This document shows, piece by piece, positions 51,009-64,000 of a stretch of DNA of 64,000 nt. The translations under genes and the position numbers were made by a program. The DNA is from Azolla caroliniana (Eukaryota; Plantae; Polypodiophyta). The notes beneath the pieces were generated by a model that made no database searches, had not been told where the DNA came from, and saw only the letters and a program-made list of their open reading frames with translations. Within the stretch, counting starts at the first letter, position 1; each line of letters starts with the position of its first letter. The DNA is taken from NCBI GenBank assembly GCA_043228905.1, contig JBHGNT010000014.1, positions 2,542,001 to 2,606,000 on the forward strand, given 5' to 3'.

Positions 51009-53489
51009 CCCATGTTGTTGCGACGTTTCTATTTGCTACCAAATAATAATTAGGCTTGGTGAGGAAATCGTGGAGACAGACGGTGCAGGACATGTTTGGA
51101 ATAGTGCGTGCGATCTGCACCGTTCGATCTCTATCTATTAAAAGCACGTGCTTAAAACCTAACCAGGGCCTTGATGCCATTTGATTACCTAACTCGGGCA
51201 ATGTAATTATCTAAGCCTAACTCGGACTATACGTACCTAACCCAGACTTCACGTGCCTAACCCAAGCACTGTAATTCTCTAAGCCTAACCTAGGTTCTAG
51301 GTACTTAACTCGGGCCTTGTAATCCTGTAAACCTAACTCGGGTTGAGCACATAACCCGGACCTTCTGACCTAACATGGGCCCAACTTTAGCATTATTAAA
51401 ACCTTGCATAAATCCTTTTTCCCCTATTTTTGAAAATTTGAAACCTACATAAATCCTTCACCCCCACCTACACCCACATCTAAACCAAAAACCTCTACCT
51501 ATAACTAGTAAATACTTTCTTCCACCACTCCATTTGTATATATCTTTGTTTTTCAAATCAAATAGCTTTGGACCTCTTTATGCCCACAGAGATACATAAC
51601 CTCATACATTCTTGATTAACAAAAAACATAAATGAGGTAAAACCGAGAAAGAAAGAAATATTAACGTCTTTTGAGAGAGAGAGAGAGAGAGAGATAAAGG
51701 GGACCATTGCTTCCTCGCAGATGCAATCAATTGTGATTTAATTCTACATTTAAGGATGCAATTGATTGTACGTTAATCCCCATATCTTGTGTCTTGGATT
51801 GCTATGAAATGAAATCCTCTAATGCCTCCGCATCTTCACAATCTCTACTGCTTCCCAAATGATGACTTCTTTTGGAATGATAGTAGGTCATTGATGAGTA
51901 TTTAACATCAAATTTCACATTAGATCTTTTGTATACATCTTTTGCATTGAGACCATTCTTGCTACGCTTTTCAGCTCCACTTATAGAACATTGATACCTT
52001 TAGGAAACCATCAACCTATACACTTGTCAGATTTTATAATCATTCCAAACACACAATCTATAGCTACCTAGAATCCCCATTTGAACAGTTTGGTCAAGTG
52101 TTTGAAAGCCCTATTATTAATGTTCATCTTTATCAATATGTTGAGTCTCATATTGGGATTTACAACCTTATCTTTATCAATATGTTGTGTTCTTCTTCTT
52201 CCCCATCTCCTTCTTCTTATTCTCTATCTTCTTCATCTTCAAATATCCATAACTTGCTGATCTTCCATGTTTAATCCATCTTTCTTGTGAAGGTCCTCTT
52301 TTGATGCAAAGGTAGAAAAAAATGTATAACATTGTTGATTGATGCATTTAGATTCATTCATAAAATACGTGATAGTCATTGAAGGTTTTAATGAATGCAT
52401 TCTATTTTCAGCAATGGCAGCAAGGTTTATTTACGAAGGAGGAAAAAACCCACAATTCAAGATGGATGGAGGCCCAAGACATTATGGTGGGGGCAAAGGC
52501 TTTAGAAAGTGTAGACATCGCGACAGATGTTGATGTGACTCCAATAGGTAAGGGTTTAGATTAGGCCAATTAATACAAAATGTTTTGTTGTAATGCATAT
52601 TATACATTGTCGCCACTACGAAATCAGGTGGAGTTGACACCCTCTCAATGTTCAACTGTGTTTGAGATTTGATGGGGATCAAATGTCGAGTATGCATAGT
52701 TGGCATTAGGACCGTGCTTCCAAGAGGGTTGAAGATACTGGAAGGGGAGGAGGTATTGGAAGGTAGTCCTAGATACTTCAACAACTACGAACGAGAGAGA
52801 TCAATCAAACGATTTTTCAATGCTAATTTAAAATATAATTGAGCTCGCCTATCCCACTTAAGAACAATAAAGAAAAAAACACTTGAGTAATACAGTGCAA
52901 TCCCTAATGATCTCCGATCCTGCATAGAGGCAGATTTTTTACAAAACCTTACACGCCACGAGATCGAGAAATATGATTTTACAAAAGAGAAGCGAATGGA
53001 GAAGATTAAGGCCAAGATTGCAAAAGGTTACAATTCTTATGTAAGTATTGTATTTTGGGTTGATGTATTTTTAATAATACTCATCGAACTAATGATACAT
53101 TGCCAATTTCATACCTTGCAGTGTAGGGTTCAAAAGGTGCAAATGGACAAAGAAGATGGGAACATCTCAACTGCTAGTGGGCATAAGACACATCCTGACT
53201 TGGAAGCATACCCCCCGATTAGAGTGAAAATCCCAATGAGATGGCCAAAGTTGGACCCGACCTTATGTGTACGAATTCCATTTGAGTCAAAGGAAGATTA
53301 TGAAAATGTCAGTTATGTTTAGATTGCGTATGGGAAAGTCATTAGATCCTTATCCATGTCAAATGGAAAGACATTCACTAGGTATTCTAGTTGTACATTC
53401 TGGTTTAGTGCCCTAGCAATCAACATTCAAAGGGTATTCTCATGTTGTAATATTATGTCGTAAAACAGATTCCAACTTTTTTGTAGAAG

Positions 53490-54020
53490 GTTGGATTTGT
53501 CTGTTTACATCGGGGAAGGTGTATTGCAATCAATGTACACCCACAGACAGATGGCGTCGACATGGTCCATGAATGTCTTTCATATGTGGATGGACCCAAC
53601 CACAACACATATTCGGCAAATATTGGATAGTCGATCCACTTTGGGTTCAACTATACAAGCAAACCAATAAGGTCAACGACATCCTTGGACAAGTGCCTGA
53701 ACACGATTTTGTATTCATACCCATAGTGCATGAAGGGCATTGGGTCCTTTGGGTAAAGATGCGACATGCACCAACTGGTTTACATGCATACAAGGTAACA
53801 AGTCTAGTTGTATTTATCGACCCTATGAATAATCCCGCTACTAGGGGATTGAAGTGTTTGGCAGAAATGGCTTGTAGACCATCACATCATACCCGAGAAT
53901 TGATATACTGAAATCCATCTCCCAACTCAGCCCAACGGGATAGATTGCGGATATTATGTAATGCAGACAATTCGAATGTTTGTCGAAGAGTTTGCTTATG
54001 GACTCAAATCACCAAACTTT
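53490..54020 (+). pseudogene. Ulp1-like (C48) cysteine protease fragment, probably carried by a transposon
   Basis: FIPIVHEGHWVLWV...VVFIDPMN is followed, after a frameshift, by TQPNGIDCGYYVM at about 53925-53963. This gives the His-Asp-Gln-Cys order of C48 proteases. Confidence 0.7.
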
Positions 54021-55299
54021 GTAAGTATATTATAATTTCAGTTTTTTATAGTCATCCTCGATTGTTGGTTCATATACATCCTATTTGGCAGGGGTTTGAG
54101 CACTAGTAAGATGATGATGACGTCTACCTCCTACACGTTACGATCGCTAAGTGGGCATGACGTGTTTTGGATCTTTGAACTTGTAACCTCATCCTGTTTT
54201 TTGTCATCCTCTATATGGCTTGTACATGTTGTGGGTTTACCCCTCGACATTCTAATTGGGTTACTTATAATAGCCACAAGAAATTCTTGGATATGTCAAA
54301 TATTGGTTCTTGTGTCAAAGCCATATGGGGCGTGTAAACAAACTTGTTTTGCCATTTTGGGCTTCTGAATGCCTTGTGGGTATTGTAAATTTCTGGCACG
54401 TAATTTTGCCCACAATATATTGTATTTTACACAATACAAAGCAACACTTTTTGATAAATTATTGTATATTGTATACGCCATAAACAATCAATCAAACATG
54501 TTGCTTCTTTCAATATTACACCATAATTGGGCAAATAGATATGTCAATAATAGTGCAACAAGAAATTGAAATTTGATGTTAGATATATCTGGTAGATTTG
54601 TTATATATTGTCACCTAACCCGGGAAAGTAATGTCTGCACCTAACCCAGGAAAAAAACATTTGTCTGCACCTAACCCGGGAAAGTAATGTTTGTTTACCT
54701 AACCTAGGAAAAAAGTATATTGTTTGCACCTAATCCGGGATCAATTTAATGGATCCATTCACCTAACCCAGGGTCAAATTCGATCCAACTATGTTCAATG
54801 ATTCTGTTTTAATGTTCAAAAACAACCACCTCCATCAAACAATTATATGTTACTGATACAGAAGTAATTAACTCTACTAGAGCTACCATAATCACATGAA
54901 TTGAATCAGACGATTATAATTGCTCTGATGATCATATTGATCCACATTATCATATTACTCTCGTTTACACATTGTTCTTGTTAATGCTTTGCTCTCATTT
55001 CGAACTTGCGAACATGGATGATTCATGTGGGTTAGCTTATGAAACACAATTTATATTTGAGATAGAAATCGAATTGGAGGATTCATTGTCAGATTCAGAA
55101 ACTTCGATTGAATCAATTGATGGCCAAGGGTCCAACGATGTCGACATCGATGATGACTTGGATCCTGTCATGTTTTGTTCGCCAAGGTATTTTGCATTTA
55201 ATGAAGGTACGTATGACTTAATGGTTAAAGATTTATTAGGACACGTAAAGGTTACGATAGAATCTTTAATAGAGACCACAAAGGGTGCACCTCTCACGA

Positions 55300-55726
55300 T
55301 CTTAGCATGGAGGCACATGAAGGCTCAACTCAATTCGGGCTCCCATTATATGCAGCCGTTGCATCAAATGCCATGGGAATAGGGATCCCACTATGGTATA
55401 TGATTTGTAGTTTTGATAAGGGCTCAAATCATGAGCAAGTGGCATTAGAAACTTGCTTGAAAGTCATATTTGCTAAGATGCCTAGGGTAAGGTCAAATGC
55501 GACAGTCATTGATAAATCTGTTGGGAATTCAATCCGTCCGGATGGGATCCGAACAGGACGGATCCGGAAGGTATCCGATTGGAACTGGATCCAGGGACAT
55601 ATCAGTAAAAATGTTTCTAGTGTGCATGTCATGGCCAAATTTGGAAATAGTCCTAAAGTCATATAAGTATAAATATGACTTAGGGCAATCACTTTATGTG
55701 TGTGTCAATATATTGTTGTACAGAGG

Positions 55727-55769
<43 letters not shown>

Positions 55770-56999
55770 CAAAAAGCCTTTTTGTTGTAACTGCCGGTTG
55801 GCGAAGGTATAGAGCTCGAGGTCGTTGCCTCTAAGTCTCTTCTTGTACCCTTCTTCTCATAGTGATAGTTGGAGTCTGTGGGCTCCCGTGGTTTTTCCCA
55901 TTTAGGGTTTTCCATGTAAACATCCTATGTCCTCTCTGTTGTCTATGTAAGTGTATTAATCACCATTTCTGTTTTGTTCTTCCATTAAGTTTAAGACTCG
56001 GTTGTTGCCGAGCGCTATTCCATACAAAATCTTGGACATCATATAATGTCATATCTAATGTAATTTCTCAAGACCATGAATCTTGGATTGTAGCAAATAG
56101 TGAAAGCTCACAAACACATTGTCGTCTTTAATTGTGTCAGTTCCATGCTAAAAAATCATGGGTTGACAGCTTGTTGCCCAAAGTGAGTGTTGCTGAAAGA
56201 AACCTTCTCTATCAAAGGATGTGCCAACTCATGCATTGCATTAGTGAATCATCCTTCAATGCTATGTGTGAGGAGGTAAGGCAAGAATACTCAAACAAAC
56301 TTGGAGTTTGGCAATATATCGAAGGTGGATGGTGTGGACAAACTTGTGTTTGGAGGAGTCTATGGCCCAAGTTTGGTAGACTATTCAATTATGGACATGT
56401 TGACACTACCAATCTTGTGGAGAGACATTGGTAATTTCTCAAGTACATTGCCTTAAGAGGAAGAATAAATCGGTCGATTACTGATCTTGTGCATGTCTTA
56501 ATCGGGGACAGTGTCTCTGGCACTTGCATCAGTGGGACCATGGTGGAATGGTACATGCAACGACAAGAGATACGTGAGAGTGGTAGATTCCAACCCCATG
56601 CAAATTGTAAGGATCAAAGGTCAAGACTTAAAGAGGTTGAGAGGATACTAGAAAGATATGTGACTGATAGCAACTCAACACATATTGTGGATGAGGCCCG
56701 ATATTGGTTTCGAATATTGAGCATGACCACTCCCACTGTATGGTACAATGTCTCGCTCCAATGTTCATATTGTGATTGCCAAGACTTTGCAAGTAAATGT
56801 AAGCATTTGCTTGCCATTTGGATGATCGTTGAGAGACATACGCCATCGTTATGTGGATCATTACCATTTATAGATCATGTAGCCCAAATGCGAATGGATG
56901 ATGCCACAATGGATAGAAAACTAGAGTTGACACAAGAAGCAGAAGTTGAGATGAATGTAGAAGTTGACGAAAGGGAAGAAATAAAGTTAGAAGTACATC
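55300..56999 (+). pseudogene. Mutator-like (MULE) transposase remnant with SWIM zinc finger
   Basis: Motifs include VIDKSW (restored across the solo LTR), LCQFHAKKSW, DTTNLVERHW and CDCQDFASKCKHL. It is cut at 57000 by copia E. Confidence 0.8.
55519..56026 (+). mobile_element. Solo LTR (508 bp) inside the MULE transposase
   Basis: Ends are TG...CA with a 5-bp TSD AAATC at 55514-55518 and 56027-56031. Removing it restores the IDKSWTS frame. Confidence 0.88.
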
Positions 57000-57721
57000 T
57001 GTTGAGCGAGCAAGCTCAACCGGATTCGGATCAGTTGAATAAGCCTGAGCCGGATTGGCATCCGGAAGGATGAGCCGGATCGGTATCCGGAAACAACTGG
57101 TCGGATCAGGAAGCCGGATTCGAGCGGGAACCGAAAGCCTAGAAGTAGCCTAGACTACTAGGTAATCATTGTCACGTAGTTAGTGTCAGTCGCACTTGTG
57201 AGCATTGAAGTACCTGTCAGTACTTCTGTCAGTCGTTTATGGACTTGTATAAATAGTGTTGTTTAGCACGTTGTATCTACAGTGTTTTAGAGTTATTTTT
57301 TTGAATATAGTTTTATGTTCTGCTCTCTCTGTCTCCTCTGTGTTTGAAGCTTTTCCATTAAACCTTCATCTCATTTTCTGTTGCTATCCGGCTGAGCCAA
57401 TTCTGTCTGACGCTTCTGCACATTAACATTCACATGGTATCAGAGCGTGAGGGTTGAGAACCTCTGCAATCGACGCTTGCTTTCGTAGACGAACCCTAAC
57501 AACAACAGACAGAGAGAAGATATGGATAGAGGAATGGCGAGTTCACTTCCAACAGAGAAGCTCGATCGGAGCAACTACGCGTCCTGGTCATATAAAATGC
57601 ACCAATACCTACTGGGGCATGGATATTGGAGCTTCGTGGAAGGAACAAATGAAGTAGCACCGGAGCCGTCACACAAAGACTTCCAGGTATGGGAGCAAGG
57701 AGCGAGTCGGGTACTGTACTG

Positions 57722-57994
57722 TGACGGGAACCCAACGCTCCTTATGCGCAACGCTCGGCCACAACCGAGCTTAGAATGATACACAGAAAATGGGAAATAA
57801 ATGCACGACACAAAGAAGAGGAAGATACACAGGAGGTTTACGTGGAAAACCCCAAACTAGGGGAAAAACCACGGCAGCCCACAGGCTGCAAACTGTCACT
57901 ATGTAAGAATGTACAATCGTGAGTTCACTGAGGCAACGACCTCGTGCTCACAGATCTTCGCCACAGACGACGGTTACAACAGAGGCAACGACCT

Positions 57995-58049
<55 letters not shown>

Positions 58050-61000
58050 TGCCCCAACAAGTGAATAACAACAACAACAACAGTTACTAAAAGTTTGCCC
58101 TAAGTCATATTTATACTAATATGACTTTTCGGCTATTTACAAATATAGCCTTGATGAACTCTCAGAAAACATATTTACGAATATGTCTCTTCATCCGGTT
58201 CATACCGGGTCTGCACCATCCGGCTCTCCGTAGCCGGGTACTCCTCATCGGGTCTTCACCGGGTCAGTATCATCCGGATCTCCGTAGCCGGGTACGCCTC
58301 ATCCGGTCTTCACCGGGTTTGTATCATCCGGCTCTCCGTAGCTGGGTACTCCTCATCCGGTCTTCACCGGGTCTGTATCATCCGGCTCTCCGTAGCCGGG
58401 TCCTCCTCATACGGTTTCGGCCTCGGCCGAGTTCGTTCATCGGCACTGTTCTTCTCCCTTCCCATCCGGAGGGACCTGTCTTCCAACAAACTCCCCCTTT
58501 ACTCCGGCATGGGGTGTCTTACCAGTCCGATCCTCTTCCGGCATGCGTCCAGCTTGTCGGGAGTCAGCACTTTGGTCAGCATATCTGACCCGTTCTCGGC
58601 CGTGTGGATCTTCGTCAGTGCGAACTCCTGGTCATCTACTCTTTCCCGGATCCAGTGATACCTTCGTTGGATATGCTTCGTCCGAGAATGGTAGGCCACA
58701 TTCTTAGCAAGATGGATGGCACTTTGACTGTCGCAATAGAGTCGGTATTCCTCTTGCCGGATACCGAGCTCTCCGATGAAGTCCTTCATCCATAATATTT
58801 CCTTGCCGGCTTCCACAGCCGCCATGTACTCTGCCTCTGAGGTTGACAATGCAACCGTCTTCTGCAACCTCGACTGCCACGAAATAGCTCCCCCTACATA
58901 TGTCATTACATACCCGGATGTAGATCGGCTGGTATCCACATCAGCCGACATGTCCGAATCGGTAAAACCGTCAAGTTGAGGTTTTCCGGAGCCGAATCGG
59001 AGACACATATTTGAGGTGCCCTTCAAATACCGGAGTATCCATTTGACCGCGTTCCATTGCTCCTTGCCGGGATTGCTCATGAACCGGCTCACCACTCCGA
59101 CTGCGTATCCTATATCTGGTCGGGTACACACCATTGCGTACATCAAGCTCCCGACGGCAGAGGCATATGGTATCTTCATCATATCTGCCTTCTCTGCTTT
59201 CGTCTTCGGGCTTTGCTTACCGGATAGCCTGCAGTTTGCCGGAAGTGTCGATCCGACCGGTTTCGCTTCTAACATGTTGAACCGGTGAAGCACCTTTGTC
59301 ACGTACTTCTCCTGTGACAACCATAATTGCTTCGCTGACCGGTCCCGAATGATATGTATCCCCAGCATCTGTCTTGCCGGACCCAAGTCTTTCATTGAGA
59401 AGGTCTGGTTGAGAGCCTTCTTCAACATCTGTATTTTGACTTGGTCACGTCCGACGATCAACATGTCATCCACGTATAGAAGGAGTATCAGGAAGTTGCC
59501 TCCTTCAAACCTCTTCACAAACACGCAGTGATCGGGCTGCGTCTTGTGGTACCCTTGATCGGTCATGAAGGAATCGAACTTCCGGTACCATTGCCGGGGA
59601 GCCTGCTTCAACCCGTAGAGGCTCTTCTTCAACCGGCATACCAGGTGCTCCTTCCCTTTCTCCACAAATCCTTCTAGTTGCTGCATGTAGATCTCCTCTT
59701 CGAGGTCGCCGTGAAGGAACGCCGTCTTCACGTCTAGCTGCTCTACCTCGAGGTCCATGCTTGCCGCTATACTCAGCACCGTCCGGATGGAGGTCATCTT
59801 TACTACCGGGCAAATATCTCGTCGAAGTCCACGCCCTTCTTTTGTTGGAACCCCTTCACCACGATCCTGGCTTTGTATCTCGGGGGGTTTCCGGCATCTC
59901 CCGGTTTCAACTTGTACACCCACTTGTTTTGGAGTGCCCGCTTTCCTTTCGGCAACTCCACAAATTCATACGTATGGTTCTCATGCAGGGAATCCATCTC
60001 ATCCTGCATGGCACTTAACCATTTTCGGCTGTGGGTGTCTTCCTTCGCTTCTTCGAAGCTTTCCGACTCCCCCTCATCGGTCAGCAGAACATGCTCTGCA
60101 TTCGGAAATCTCCGGGGGGCCCTTCTCTCTCTGAGAGGATATCTACGTCTTCGGGCTTCGGTAACCAGCTCCTCCATTTGCTCTTCATCCGAATCCGATT
60201 CGGGGTCTTGGCTGGTTCCGGTCTTAGCTTCCTCTACTTCTTCTTCTGCCTGTTCGGTATCCTCACCATAACCGGCTGGTCCCTCGAGTGCTAACCGGTC
60301 TCTTGCCGGTTGGGTCTGCTCATCGTAGAGTCGATCCTTACCGGTCGACTCGGAGTTCATTATCTTCTTCTCCGACTCCCAGTCGGCGAGCGTCTTGTTC
60401 TCCATGAAGATAATATCTCGACTCCAGAATACCTTCTTGTCGACCGGGTCCCACACTCGGTAGCCGAACTTATCGTCACCGTAATCGAGGAATATGCATG
60501 GCCGGGTCTTTGGATCTAACTTTCCTCTCTGGTCCTTAGCTACATGCATGTACGCGAGACACCCGAACACCTTCAGATGCCGGTAGGATACTTCCTTACC
60601 GGTCCACACTCTCTGTGGCGTGTCTCCGTCCAAGGGTACTGAGGGTGATCTATTTATCACGTATGTCGCCGTCAACAGTGCCTCAGCCCAAAACTTCTTG
60701 GGTAGTTTTGCATGCGCTAGCATACTCCGGACCCTCTCCATTATGGTCTGGTTCATCCTCTCGGCCAGTCCGTTTAGTTCCGGCGTCTTCGGCACGGTAA
60801 ATTCGAGCCGGATTCCCTTCGAGCGGCAGTACTCCTCGAATTGCCCCCGGTACTCTCCTCCGTTATCTGCTCGAACCGCCTTCAGCTTCCGGCCGGTTTC
60901 TCTTTCCACTCTCGCGTGGAGCTCTTTGAAGACAGATAACACCTGATCCTTCGTCTTCAACGGTGTGGCCCACAGCTTCCGGCTGTGGTCATCTATGAAC

Positions 61001-62844
61001 GTCACGAAGTACTGCGCTCCGGCGTGTGACTTCGTGTCTACCTGACACACATCCGTATGCACCAACTCCAGTGGTGCATTACGTCTCATCGGTGGCCTTG
61101 GTCGGAAGGAGGTCCGGTTTTTCTTACCGGCCAAACAATCAGTGCACTTCTCCAAGTGCACGTTCTTCACTGGAATGAGGTTGTCGTCTGCAAGCCTCTT
61201 CATCCCCTTCTCGCTCATATGACACAGCCTCTTGTGCCACAACTCACCGCCAGTGTCGGATGCCACGTTCACTTCTTCCGGACATAGTCGGGCATTCATC
61301 AGGTACAGTGTGTTTACCTTCCGGGCCCGAGTCACAATCAGGCTCCCTTTGCTGAACTTCATGACACCGTTCCGGATGCTACCCGTGTAGCCCTCATCAT
61401 CTAGCCGACCGACTGATATTAGGTTCAGGAACTTCCGGAACTTGTCGGACATCCTTCAGCAACAACTTGCATCCGGTTGGTGTTGTCAGCCACACGTCTC
61501 CTATGCCGACAATTCGGCATGTACCTTCATTCCCCATCCGGACACAACCGTGATCACCGGCTGAGTAGGATGAGAAGCATTTCCGGTCCGGGGTAAGGTG
61601 GAACGATGCTACGGAGTCTACCACCCAGGTCATCTCGTTGCCGGCAAGGTTTATCTCACTCTCCTCGGTGATGAGCATCAACTCCTCTTCACTTGCCGCG
61701 ATTGCCGTCGTTCCCTTCCGGTCCGGCCCCCTCCGGTCTTTACCGTTCCGGTCCGGGGTTTGCTTCGAATCGGTACCGTTGGTTTCCTTGTCTTTACGGA
61801 AATGCCGACAGTTCTTTTGGAAGTGTCCCGGCTTGCCGCAATAGAAGCAAGTAGGCCTCCCCCTTGACTTTGACCGTGTCCCCGACTTCTCCCAGTTCTG
61901 GGGACTACGATTTCTATGTCTTTTGCGTTCCGATTCCGTAAGGAGCGCTTTGGAGTCGGAGCTCGTATCTTTATCCTTCCGATGCGCCTCCTCATCTAGC
62001 AAGCTCGACTTTGCTCTTGCTAGGGATAACCGTTTTCCTTCCGGCCCGGCGTTGCCCAAACTGACAACCAACATCTCCAAGCTATCCGGGAGGGAACCGA
62101 GCAGGAGTAGCACTAGTACCTCATCGGCGAGAGGTACTTCCAATGATGTTGCCTGTTGTATCAGCCCCTGGAAGGCATTCATGTGCTCCGCCATGCTGGA
62201 GCCATCTTGGTACCGGAGTCTTACTAGCTTCCGGAATACCGAAACTTGATTAACAACATTTTTGTTTTGAAACATTATGCCGATCTTCTCCCAGAGCTCA
62301 TGAGCCTTGCTCTCTTCATTGAAGTTGTTGTACATGCTCATGTCGATGAAGCACCGTATGTACGCCGTTGTCTTCATGTGCATCACCTCCCATATCGCGG
62401 CATCGATTTTGTCCGGTCTCTTGTCCCCAAACTGAACCGGCAGCCAGAGGTCTTTAACCACGAGCATGTCCCTCATCTTCGACTTCCACACTAAATAGTT
62501 GGAGCTGGTGAGCTTGAACATGCCGCCAAACGATTCGTCCATTTTCTGTGTCGAACCTTGCTCTGATACCACTTGACGGGAACCCAACGCACCTTATGCG
62601 CAACGCTCGGCCACAACCGAGCTTAGAATGATACACAGAAAACGGGAAATAAATGCACGACACAAAGAAGAGGAAGATACACAGGAGGTTTACGTGGAAA
62701 ACCCCAAACTAGGGGAAAAACCACGGCAGCCCACAGGCTGCAAACTGTCACTATGTAAGAATGTACAATAGTGAGTTCACTGAGGCAACGACCTCGTGCT
62801 CACAGATCTTCGCCACAGGCGGCGGTTACAACAGAGGCAACGAC

Positions 62845-62901
<57 letters not shown>

Positions 62902-63243
62902 TGCCCCAACAAATGAATAACAACAACAACAGTTACTAAAAGTTTGCCCTAAGTCATATTTATACTAATATGACTTTTCGGCTATTTACAAATATAGCCT
63001 TGATGAACTCTCAGAAAACATATTTACGAATATGTCTCTTCATCCGGTTCATACCGGGTCTGCACCATCCGGCTCTCCGTAGCCGGGTACTCCTCATCGG
63101 GTCTTCACCGGGTCAATATCATCCGGCTCTCCGTAGCCGGGTCCTCCTCATACGGTTTCGGCCGAGGCATATCGGCCGAGGCCGAGTTTGTTCATCGGCA
63201 CTGTTCTTCTCCCTTCCCATCCGGAGGGACCTGTCTTCCAACA
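57722..63243 (-). mobile_element. Full-length Ty1/copia element F (Tnt1/Tork-like)
   Basis: The LTRs are at 57722-58488 and 62574-63243, with a 5-bp TSD TACTG at 57717-57721 and 63244-63248. The Met-i PBS is at 62560-62571 and the PPT at about 58489-58500. Confidence 0.95.
58499..62542 (-). pseudogene. Copia F gag-pol with two frameshifts (about 61420 and 59820)
   Basis: Motifs include CFYCGKPGHFQKNC, WVVDS, HTDV..ADNGGEY..NGLAER, LYGLKQAPRQW, LYVDDML and YCDSQSAIHLAKN. Confidence 0.93.
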
Positions 63244-64000
63244 TACTGTCTCGCATCCGGTGTGCATGATCAAATGCTCAACTACATCAAGGATGCAAAG
63301 ATACCGAAGGAGGCCTGGGGAAATCTGAGGAAGATTTTCGTCGCGAGTACCACAACCCGTAAGTTGCAACTCCAGCAAGAGCTGAACAACACCGGGAAAG
63401 AGACATGTTAGTTACGAATTACACCACCAAGATAAAGGAGATTTGCAACGCACTCGGGTCCATCAACGTGATGGTGGACGAAGACGAGATGGTACAAATC
63501 TACCTCGGTGGTCTTGCGCAAAGGTACGGGCCAATCCGGACAACGATCTGCACCCGGGAGAAACCACCGTCCTTCTTCGACTTGCAATCGATGTTGATGG
63601 TCGAAGAAAACCACGCGAGTGGGTCAAGGACCACTCAATCGGATGGCCGGATGCTGTACACGGAGACAGATCGGCCCCATGGATGTGGTGGACGAGGTGG
63701 GTTGGCACGCAATGGAGGTGGCCGACAAGAGCAGGACTGGAGGCACAGAGGTTGTGTTGACAACAATTCCGGACCCTCCACAATCAGGAGGAGTCAAAGC
63801 GGCGTCGGGAACTGGCAAGGAAAGGCCAACACAAAATGCTAGTACTGTGGCAAAAAGGGCCATAGAGAAAGTGAGTGCTAGAAGAAGTGCACCGATTCAG
63901 ACAAATCCGGATCCGGCAAAACCGGTCAAGAGAACCGGCAAAGCTCGCACTACGAGGAAGGATCAGAAGGATTCGGAACCGGGAAAACCGGTAAAGGGCC

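Larger units (their letters stand above)
57000..64000 (+). mobile_element. Ty1/copia element E (same family as A), gag split by copia F, running off the window
   Basis: The LTR TGTTGAGCGAGCAAGCTCAAC (57000 to ~57434) resembles 6635-7070, and the Met-i PBS is at 57435-57446. Gag begins MASSLPTEKLDRSNYASW and resumes at 63244. Confidence 0.9.

Noticed and set aside
58121-58588. 155-aa ORF with repeated PGLYHPALRSRVLLI
   Set aside because: It is a translation of the 54-bp LTR repeat, whose length is a multiple of 3, and not an independent gene.

Overview
This is eukaryotic land-plant genomic DNA, probably from a non-seed plant such as a fern (inferred from the retroelement types). About two thirds of the window is a stack of nested, mostly decayed transposons around one intact-looking 7-exon host gene, a plant MACPF-domain protein of the NSL1/CAD1 group (43344-49183, about 607 aa). 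The elements are Ty3/gypsy G1 (minus strand, 504-6634), gypsy B (7279-21434), chromovirus C (26530-36572), three Ty1/copia elements, a Penelope-like element N-terminus split by C, a Mutator-like element with a Ulp1-type protease, and several solo LTRs. The most notable system is a non-autonomous LTR family, here called family X. It has two complete copies (12898-17628 minus, 28724-33080 plus), one truncated copy and one relic. It has no pol but carries one ~1000-1100 aa ORF made of a Gag capsid-like N-terminus plus a long repetitive charged tail, and it uses a tRNA-Trp primer site. It makes 4-bp target duplications that are all centred on CpG. The pol-bearing element G1 shares its Gag N-terminus, U5 motif and Trp primer site, and also carries an overlapping tRNA-Phe primer site. 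All coordinates and alignments were read by eye; no database searches were run.
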